A DNA stretch of 64,000 nucleotides from Paramoeba atlantica. Its lineage: Eukaryota > Protista > Discosea. The stretch covers positions 434,001 through 498,000 of the forward strand of contig CDRNVI010000014.1 in NCBI GenBank assembly GCA_977017575.1, given 5' to 3'. The position numbers were made by a program, and so were the translations under genes. Shown one piece after another: positions 55,036-64,000 of the stretch; position 1 is the stretch's first letter, and each line of letters begins with the position of its first letter. The notes under the pieces were generated by a model. It was not told the DNA's origin and ran no database searches. It worked only from the letters and a program-made list of their open reading frames with translations.

Positions 55036-55950
55036 GAGTATGCCAGATAGGACTTTCGCTGCAGGGCTCATTATTGAAATTGGGCGGTAGGATCCGGGAT
55101 CGCAGGCTTTGCCTTTTGCTGCGCCTTTGTAGATTGGTATGATGTGGGAGTGCGTCCACTCTTTGGGAACCTTGGAGTTTTGCCAGCAAAGTTTCAATAT
55201 CCATGTCATCCAAATAATTGCGGCTTTTCCTGCATATTTGAGATGTTCGGGGAAAATTCCGTCTGGGCCTTGTGCTTTCCTATTTTTTAGTGTAGACAGT
55301 GCGCGTTCTACTTCCAGTTCGTTTGGAGGATAACTATTTTCTTCTTTTTCCATGCGAAGGACATCGTCCTCTATGGCAGGGTACTTTAGTTCTTCTAGGT
55401 CTTGTTGTACTCTGGATAAATTAAATAGGGGGTTTGGTGTGTTAAATATCCTAGAAAAGGAAGTGGCCAGTGCTTGCGCTTTGGCCTCTGGGTCAGAGAC
55501 CATTTCATCTTTGTTTCGAATTGCAGGTTTATCGTTATTTGGTGGGTAGGTTAGTTTTGTCAATTCTTTTGTTAGTTTAAATAGCTTGTGGTGATTTCCC
55601 TCAGCCCTGACAGTCTCAATCTGCTTTACCTTTTGGGCGAAGTAGGTACGCTTTGCTAACCTGAAAGAACGAAAGGCTATTCGACGTTTGCAGCGATAAT
55701 TAAGGTGTGCCTTCTCTTTTTCCTTAGAAGTTGAATGATGCGACTTGTATCGCAATAGAGAGTCTTGTTTTTCTGCTATCTTTCGTAAGAGTTCGTCATT
55801 CATCCATGGGAGGTTGGTTTGGATACAAGTGTTAGCGCATGCTTGCTTGGATGTTTCTAAGAGAGCGATTTTTAGGTCACTCCATTCTGATTCTATATCC
55901 TCACTCAGTGAGTGATGCTGTAATTTTACGCCCATTAGCTCCTGGTACAA
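55036..55950 (-). pseudogene. APE-LINE linker and RT start fragment
   Basis: PWMND, KAQGPDGIFPEHLK, IIPIYK..SYRPISI; related to 9846-10149 and 16264. Confidence 0.8.
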
Positions 55951-58213
55951 TTGCATCGGACCCCATACGAGCAAAGAAATCTTTAACAATGTTAAGAGTT
56001 TCCCTTGTCGACGAGGTCTCGATGCAAAGAGTCTCCCTGTACAAACCGCAAATTCTACGTAGCGTACGCCACGGATTAGAACGGTTTCGCCGCAGACCTG
56101 CTTCAATTTCGGCGCATTCCTGCCCAATCTGCGCCTCAATTTCTTCTCCGTGCTCTTTTAGCACTTCCTTGAAGTGGTCCGGTTTTCGACTCTGAAGAAA
56201 TAAGTCGCGAAACCCTGAGATGCGCGGTGTTTCTGTACCCGGTGGTGTGTTTTCTGTCCCTGTAGGTGCGTTGGTCGTTTTTGGGGTTCGGTCCTTTTTT
56301 GAGAGTCTTTTCGCTGTGTCTACCATATTTTCCGATAAGTGTTCCCATGTGATCTCTTCCTCTTTCTTCGCCATTTCCCACACTGCTTGCTGGAAGGATG
56401 CCTTCTTCTCTTCATCTCCAAGTCTTGGCCAGGGTACCTTTCTTTGCCCCCCTGTGATAGTGATAGTGATTACAGGCGGTTACCCTAGTACAAGGATGTC
56501 GCCTCCCCTGAGAAAGCAGGGGAACTTGGGGGAAGGAGCCTGGTCGCTGGATCATCGAAACTCTTGCGAGTTTCGAATAGGGTATGCAAATCGGTGAGCG
56601 ATTTGCTGCCTCCGCAGATCCTAGGACTTCCTTCCCCGGGCACGTGGAGAGCTAAGCCCTCGCTATTCGGCGAACTGGGTGTTAGCCCTGATTCATTCCG
56701 AATGCCCCACGTCTCCCGAAGGAGAAACTAGTGCCATATTCGGGAGTATCAAGTCTCAGCTTCAACGGTTTTTGGCTCCTCAGCTTCAACGGACCAAGTC
56801 TTCTAGGGTGTTATACCTTTGAGCGGACTTGGCTCCTCAGCTTCAAAGGGCTAAACCTCGGCTTCAACGAGCTCGTGTCTCTCCGAATTATGACCCTAGC
56901 CCTGGAAAGCTAAAAATAGGGAGCGAACAAACACTATTTTTTCCGTATCGCGAATGGAGTTTTGCGTCTTCTTTTAAGATTAGTTTCTGACTCGTACAAT
57001 TTAATTGCCTTATACCAGCATTTCTTATTTTGTGCTTTTGTTTTCCAATGTATGATAGGTCCCATATCTGCTCTTGAGAGCGCTGACTCTATGTTTCTCT
57101 GATATGTATGGGTTGTTTTCCTAGAAATGTACCTTGCCAATGTTTTGGCTTTGTATTTACCGAAGAGGATTTTATTTGGTACTCTTTCAGATCCCATTCT
57201 GGCGATGTGGCCCACAAAATGGAGTAGTCTGATATCAATTTTTGCCTGGAGTGGCCCCATACCGGATAATCTTAGGCTTTCTTTCTGGGAGATGTACCTT
57301 GTCTTCTGTGACGCTATTATTTCCTGCTTATGGTTTCGGCATCGTTGAGGTGTATTTATCACCCACGGTATCCCCATTGCTACCTTCACTAATCTGATGT
57401 AAGTTTTGTTAAGCTTCTTGAGTAGTTGTACCGTCAGTGCCCAAGAAATGCATCCAAATAGTAGTCGGGATACGACGCATGCTTCAAAAATAGTTCGCTT
57501 GGTTTTCTTCGAAATGGATCGGTTCTTCCACAAATGTAGGAATTGCTTTAAATTGCTGTAGGCACCCTTGATCCTATTCTTTATGTCTTTGTCGAGTGTT
57601 GTGTCTTCGTCTATAACTGACCCAAGGTAGATAAAGTTCCGGACATATATGTATATGTGCCCCGTAGGGCCACGGTCAAAGAATAAATATTTTCAACAAG
57701 GTACAGTTTTTTTGCCAACAAGGTACAGTTTTTTGCCCCCCTGTACCTTTAGAACGCCACTTGATTTTCACATCCGCCATAACGACGCAGTGTACTGTAG
57801 GCACTGGCGCCTTGAGTACTTTGTGCCTCCTAATGCTGGAGGCAAAGCGCTCACTGACCATGATGTGGTCAAGCTGTCTCCGCACTTTGTTGTCCCCACG
57901 CCTTTTGCTACCTCCCTTGTTGCCGACCTCCCCTTTTACGTGCATGTACTCGCAGGCCTTGTCTCCATTTTCCTCTCCTTCCCTTCCCCTCTTCACCATA
58001 CCGTTGTTATTCGTCCCCTCTGGCTCTGATCCTTTCCTTCCCATTTCCACCTTTCCTTCTTCCCCCTTCTGCCTCACCTTCTCTGTTCCTACGTTGCGAC
58101 GGTCCTTTGTCTCCGCCCTCCTGCCCGGCAGCTCACATGTCCATTTCCTCTTGCTCGGGCAGAGGGTGTGTGCTGACTTACAGCCAATGGAGCACAAGAG
58201 GCCTTTCAGCTGA
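55951..58213 (-). pseudogene. Second APE-LINE fragment, split by the insert at 56456-57731
   Basis: QLDHIMVS..IKWRSKGTGGQ (57745) rejoins TGGQRKVPW (56455) across a 13-bp duplication. Confidence 0.65.
56456..57731 (-). mobile_element. 5'-truncated RTE-like LINE with a 13-bp TSD
   Basis: TTTGCCCCCCTGT at 56443-56455 and 57732-57744; RT C-terminus at 56934-57645; structured tail at 56456-56752; two SL 3' 13-mers at its 5' end. Confidence 0.8.
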
Positions 58214-59052
58214 GAAATCCACGCCGCGGGGCATAATAAATAACATGTATCGAATAGTAAACAAAGAAACAACTAAAATGTATCTGATTGCTCACAAGCC
58301 CTATTTCCCAATCTCAAAACATAACATCAACATTAAACTGTAAATAATATGTTCTCACGACAATTTTAGGCCTGCAAACATATATGTCACTGTCACTCTG
58401 TTAACGGGGTTCCCTCCACCGGAACCCTCGACCAAATGGCTGGGGGCTCGGTGGGCGGGCACAAAAACTTTTGAAACGTAAGTAGAAAAAATAGCCTACC
58501 AAGAATATAAGAATGAATAATGAAATTACAACACTATTTGAAACAAATCATAATTTGAAGAAATTATGTGCCCCGAAGGGCCAAGCAGGCATAAACAACT
58601 CCCTGCCCCGCGGCTAAATTTCCAAACGTGGACTATTAGAAATCCACGCCGCGGGGCATAATAAATAACATGTATCGAATAGTAAACAAAGAAACAACTA
58701 AAATGTATCTGATTGCTCACAAGCCCTATTTCCCAATCTCAAAACATAACATCAACATTAAACTGTAAATAATATGTTCTCACGACAATTTTAGGCCTGC
58801 AAACATATATGTCACTGTCACTCTGTTAACGGGGTTCCCCCCACCGGAACCCTCGACCAACCTGCCCGCACACACGTCACACAAAATAAAACCTGTATAA
58901 AAATGCCCGGACACATAGTAAATCATATATAGAAAAGAAATCATAATCAAACCTCACTTACAGAACTCGTACAAGGATAACGATAGCAATAGATGACCAG
59001 TCCACTGCCACGCCCTTTACAAGCTCACACGAGCTACACAGGTTACGCTTTC

Positions 59053-59497
59053 GAATTGCACTTCCGGAAGAAAAACATATAGTCAATCAGATATAGTAAG
59101 CGTATGTAAACTGTAATGTTTAATCTGTAGAACTACAGAGCTACCGAAATATAACATCCATCATGGACAACAGAGTAAAAGACATTATCTTCACCAGTAC
59201 TGTAATATCAACTTCGCGAAGTAAGTATCAAATCTATTTTATATACCTCATGAACTTTTTCCTGGAGAGAACTCCCTTCCCTCCCTTTCTCGAACGGGTG
59301 TCCACGCGGGGACACCCGTTCCAAAAAGTTTCAAAGGATAAAAACGCGCTCTATTACCAGTTCACTGTATAATGCTTTGTGTCACTATATAAACTAGTTT
59401 ATGAATAACAAACGTACAATGCCCGTCGGCCAACTAACGTAAATATAATTCTCAGAAATCAAAATTTCCATTGTACAATTCTTTTCGTAAACTTTTA
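59053..59497 (-). mobile_element. Solo YR-type unit inserted in copy 2
   Basis: Absent from copy 1 (GCTTTC|AACCTC). Starts GAATTGCAC, ends CGTAAACTTTTA, contains TGCCCGTCGGCC; no TSD. Confidence 0.75.
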
Positions 59498-59829
59498 AAC
59501 CTCTGCCCATGCACCAACTTGGGACCTAGAAGTGTGGAGCAACTAGGCGTGGTGTACGGCCGTGTCAACAGTGACGCGGTTAAAAAACATTAAGGCGTTA
59601 ATCGTAGAATAAAGGAAACCTTTACTCATATTTACCTCACATTGGGGAACCTTGCTTCCGAAAAGGAAACAAGGCGTGAGAATAAAGCCTGTTAACCGAT
59701 TAACATCCATAACCTTCCAAAATTATAGGGACAACCTCCATACCCCAGGACCCCGTCCGCTCTTTTTTTTTTTTTTTTTTTTTTTTCTTGTCTTTTTTTT
59801 TTCTTTTTTGTATTTGGTGATCCTGTCCC

Positions 59830-62186
59830 CTAGGGTTTTCCTTCAATATGACTGTCTAGCTTACCAATATGATGATGCTGATTATCGCTGTATTTGTCGA
59901 TGTTGCCTTTATATTTCTCAACCTTCTCTCTCTCAATCTCCTTCCCGCGACTGACAGCATCCGCCGGGTTCTCATCCGTGGATATGTACGCTGCCTTGAC
60001 ACAAATACCTTTGTCCTCTGTCAGTCGCAGGACTTCGCGCAATTCCATTGAAACCCCCTCTGACTTGGAGATCCTCCTGTTCAGTGCAGCCTGACAGGAG
60101 GTGTTGTCAACAAAAACATCCAAGCAGGTTCCACGGGGGCAATGCGCGGAAAACTTCTCGAGGGCTAAGCGGACTGCTGCAGCTTCCGCACGGTTCACCT
60201 CATACGAGGATGACTCAGGCCACGCCTCACCCGTAATCAAAACCTCTCCGCTGTCTAAATACATAATCGCTCCCCATCCTTTCACCGAGGCATCGGTGTA
60301 GAGACGATGCTTGTGTGGAACAACATCGGGATGGGGAGGTGGAGACCGTGGAACATTCTCCAGCAACTCGTTTCTCCATTCTGCTAGCATGGAGCGAGTG
60401 ACGACAGGGAGTGCGACCGGACGGTCACATAACTTCGGGCAACGGTTCAACAAGTTGATACGCCGTTGCGCCACCTTCAAAGCGAAATAAAACCGCGGCA
60501 TATTGAGTCGGAGAACTGCGGAGCCATAAATGAGGCGCCCCACCACCGCCTCTAGGTCAACAAAGGAAATGTTGAAGAAAGAGTCGGCTCGCAGTTTCCT
60601 GATCACTCGCGGTCCCAGGCAGACCGTATGCGCGTTATGGTCGAACGCCACCCCATTGAACACGTACTGTGCTACAGGGGGCTGACCCCGATCTTTGAAA
60701 AGACCGTTCGCCTTGTCGCAACGCTCGTCAATGAACTGAGCGTACGTGGTGGCCTCGGAGTGGGTTCCTGCAAACCGAACTCCGTCAACATAAACGTCGA
60801 TAGCGCCTCGGTGAAACGAGTAGCGCTGAGAACAAATCGACGCCTCGCCAGCAATCGCGGCGGTAACCGTGTGCATAACCTCCGGTGCACACCTATGGCC
60901 CATCGGGAGGACGTTCATCTCAAACACGTCTCCACTGTTCGTTCTAAGGCGGAATTTGGGCCGCGCCCTCTTTGGGATACCAATCTGGTAAAATCCACAC
61001 GTGAAGTCCCGCTTCACAGCCATCGGCTCGTGCGCCTTATGAAGATACTTGGAGGGATGATATAATGGGACCTTTGGTTCATATGATTTTAATCTATCGT
61101 TATCGTCCCTTGTCCATGAAATAAATCTTCTGCGCTGATTGCCCTCATCATCGGTCTCCACAACCGTGAAGGGAATCATGAACTGCATCGATGGGCGCTT
61201 TCTCAACTCCTGCGCCGGGACCTTAGAGATTATGCCTGCGTCCTCCAACAATCGGACGTCCGCCTCAGGCAATGAACCTTTCACACTAGGTTCGGGGTAC
61301 GGGGCTTTAGGTACCCATAATAATTCATCCACTACCTTGCGAAAACGAGTGGCAGCTGACATACTCATCCACTCCTTAACCTGATCCAAATGGATAACAG
61401 GTATCGACTTCTTAACGTGCAAAGGTAGGTGAGCGTCGTGTGCCTTGGCTAGCCGTGAAGAGCGGCGTGCACAAACAACGGAGTGCCTGCGAAGGTAAGG
61501 CACTTCCTCGAAGCACTTTGCCACGTGCTCCGAGGTTACAGCACTGGGAGACGTGCTGAGACTCTCTGCGTCCCGAGAGCCCTTGCCGTTGTAATACTGC
61601 TTGCGTTGTAGCGCAACAGTGATTCGACGTTGAGGTGTTTCGTGAGGTTCTGGACGTCCTCCATCCTGAGATTCCCGAGGGAGATCTCGTGGAATAGGTA
61701 AGTAATCGCACCTCTTTTTATGGAATGTGTTCCATACCCGGGGCCGAGAAGTTGATTCATCCTGTGGTCCATCTCCCGGACCGTCGTGTAACACAGGCGT
61801 TGGCCTGGTCTCAAACTTCCCACAAACTGAGCCAGTTCGGGTGTTCCGGGGCCAGTCACTATCGCGTAGAGGTACGGCCGGTAAGGATTCAGACGGGTCG
61901 TCTTTGTCCCCCTGCCCCAATAAATGATTACCTCGTGACTGGCCACACTCACGAACTGCTCCCGCCTCAGGTCGGCGGTCTCGGTCCATCTCGCAGCGGC
62001 TTTCCAACACAGGAGGCAACACATGCTCTCCTTTACGTTGAGATGACGTCTCAGCTTCTTTAGAAGAAGTGGCGTGATTGGAAGCATCTGCCGCGTGGGT
62101 TCTAGCCCCCCCTGCGCTTGCAGGGCCTTTACGTAGAGACTCAATGGGGTACCTTCGATTCCCATGAGCTCGAATAGAGTCCTCAA
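59830..62186 (-). CDS. RT/RNase H of YR copy 2 (catalytic region uninterrupted)
   Basis: YVDG, TDAS..GWG, DN, ENPADAVSRG. Confidence 0.82.
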
Positions 62187-63435
62187 AATTATGCGCGGAA
62201 GATCTCAATTTAAGTCTTCCTCACGCCAATTGCTCGGTCCTTTTTCTTTCCGTATTGAAATAAACTGTATCTCAAAAGGTCTTAACAAAAACAAAGGTCT
62301 TAACAAAAGCCCGTGGAGCGCATATATTATATACGCGCCGATTACTATCAAATGTTCACATTCTAATAAACTAATATCCCTTTCTTTTCTTAAGAAGTAT
62401 TTGAGATGACAAGCTTAAAAACTTGTCTCAGTGTATTGGTCGTGAGCTAGAAACTGGCGGAGTTGAGCGTGGAGGATACTTCCTGCCTGTTCCTGGTGGA
62501 GTAGCGTAAATGTTTCCATTACGCTGTGTCTCTCTAGCCCGCAACGGTCCGCAATAGCCCACAGGAGATTCCGAGTGGCGTTGTGCATGGAACCGCAGGA
62601 CAGAACAGGGATACATTCAAAGCATTCCTTGTTTATCATGCCACTGTCAACATAGCGTACTCGCTTGCGCTTTATCGCTTCGTTCATGAGGAATGTCGTA
62701 TTGTGTTTGATATTCGAGGGAGCCAGTTCGTGAACTACTGTGAGGTCGTAGTATTTCTCTCCTGAAGCCCATTGAATTGCGAGGTCGGGGCCCGTGCGAC
62801 GCAGAGTACTTCCAACACATGTCCTGGTATGTTCCGTTTTGTTTTCAGGGTGGATCGTGGCTGCGCACGCAGAGCACTCATAGTAACTGAACTGACGAGG
62901 TTCACCTCAATGCCCCTGCGTACCCCATGCGCGTTGAGGTAGCGAGAGGCAGAGTCTCGAGGAAGAGCACCGCGTTTGCAGGATTCGCGGTGATTCCCTT
63001 CGCCTGGCAGTACTCGCGCAGGCGGAACCATAATCGCTCCCTTGTGGCCCACGTGGCCGTCGCCCACATGGGCTGGAGCGCCTCGCTCATCTGAGTGGCG
63101 CGGGGATCTTCGGGGTGCATCTGGAGAATGGCCCCCAGTAATTCTTGGCGGCGCTTCCCGGGCGGCCGTAGAGTGGCGGCGGCGGTTGCGGCGGCGGCGG
63201 TTGCGGCGGCAGCGGTTGCGGCGGGAACGGAGAGCCGGGGTAGAGGGCGAGCCGGGAGGGAGAGACTGCGACGACGGAGACGTATCGGGGAGAACTGACG
63301 CGGAGGAGGAGTATTGCCACGCATGCGTGGCCGTCTTTCTCGTCGGCGGAGGAGCGGGGAGGGAATGGGGGTAGTAAATTCCACCCGTCGTCGCCTGGGA
63401 CGACGGGCACGAGCAATAATTGGGGTGGGGAGCAT
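61536..63435 (-). pseudogene. Tyrosine recombinase of copy 2, split by an insertion
   Basis: 62911-63435 and 61536-62186 rejoin to match 13493-14677. Confidence 0.85.
62187..62910 (-). mobile_element. 5'-truncated family B-like 3' fragment with a 6-bp TSD
   Basis: CCTCAA at 62181-62186 and 62905-62910; RTGPD..YDLTVVHE. Confidence 0.8.
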
Positions 63436-63438
63436 TTC

Positions 63439-64000
63439 CTAGTGGAAAGCCCGCGATGCGCCGTAACGGTTGGCGCCGCCCACCACCCCGCCTCGAAAAT
63501 CCTGTTGCGGGGCGCGTGTGGTACGGAACTGCCCCCCCTGTTGTTGAGATGTTTGCGGGCAATTCGATCGGAGGTGGCCTGGCTGATGACAGGCAAAACA
63601 AAACGGTCCCTGGCTGCGTCGTCGAGGGGCACGCTGCGCAGTCCGGCCCCTCAGTTGCTCGTCGACCACAAGCTGACCGTAGCGGTCCTGAGGGTCGTCG
63701 TCACGGTGCAACCGCTGTTGCACACGTTCGACTGCAACACCCGCCGCAGCCCAATAATGGTTGCGAAGCTCTTCGATGATGAGAAGGGCTACGGCGAGGT
63801 TGTGCTTCTCTAGCCAACCCTCTGTGTTGCGCGCAGCGTAAACCCATTCAGTCAACATTTTGAACAGGCGCTCGCGCTGCGGCGGAGGGTTGAAGCGTAC
63901 CCCAAGCTGCGGAGCTTCGCGCAGCTCACGGATGAGTTCACGTGGCTTGAACAAATCATCCGTGTCGATCCACGGTTGCCAAGTAACCGGATCGTAGGGG
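63439..64000 (-). CDS. Gag-like protein C-terminal part (partial)
   Basis: CFACHQPGHLRSNC; nearly identical to the copy 1 gag. Confidence 0.85.
   Translation of the reverse strand, partial: PYDPVTWQPWIDTDDLFKPRELIRELREAPQLGVRFNPPPQRERLFKMLTEWVYAARNTEGWLEKHNLAVALLIIEELRNHYWAAAGVAVERVQQRLHRDDDPQDRYGQLVVDEQLRGRTAQRAPRRRSQGPFCFACHQPGHLRSNCPQTSQQQGGQFRTTRAPQQDFRGGVVGGANRYGASRAFH

Larger units (their letters stand above)
58214..64000 (-). mobile_element. Second VIPER-like YR retrotransposon (5' end off window), interrupted at 59053-59497 and 62187-62910
   Basis: B2 58214-58435, A2 ~58460-58638, B1 58639-58860; RT, YR and gag homologous to copy 1. Confidence 0.88.

Noticed and set aside
1-64000. 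Whole window as a cDNA or amplification concatemer artefact
   Set aside because: YR insertions that restore reading frames, 6- and 13-bp TSDs and inactivating mutations indicate genomic history; individual poly(A)-SL joins still need read support.

Overview
Eukaryotic DNA, most likely euglenozoan (kinetoplastid or diplonemid type), that is almost entirely nested retrotransposons. No host gene, rRNA, tRNA or CRISPR array was recognised. Four element groups are present. (1) At least three families (called A, B, C here) of CRE/SLACS/CZAR-clade non-LTR elements with RT, CCHC knuckle and restriction-like endonuclease, including three uninterrupted ORFs (463-4335, 22161-26288, 31891-35685) and a 4x ~2.14-kb tandem array. 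(2) APE-type and RTE-like LINE fragments, one carrying the start of an RNase H domain. (3) Two VIPER-like tyrosine-recombinase (YR) retrotransposons in gag-YR-RT/RNase H order; the first is complete, with A1..B1-A2-B2 split direct repeats. (4) Three 445-535 bp solo units with the same termini as the YR elements. The most striking signal is a 39-nt spliced-leader-like sequence (AATCTTTAACGATAAAGATACAGTTTCTGTACCTTGTTG). It is never followed by an intron GT, lies 21-51 nt upstream of element start codons, and is often joined directly to the poly(A) tail of the preceding element. All assignments come from reading motifs by eye; no database search or folding program was run, and fragment junctions may be off by a few bases.
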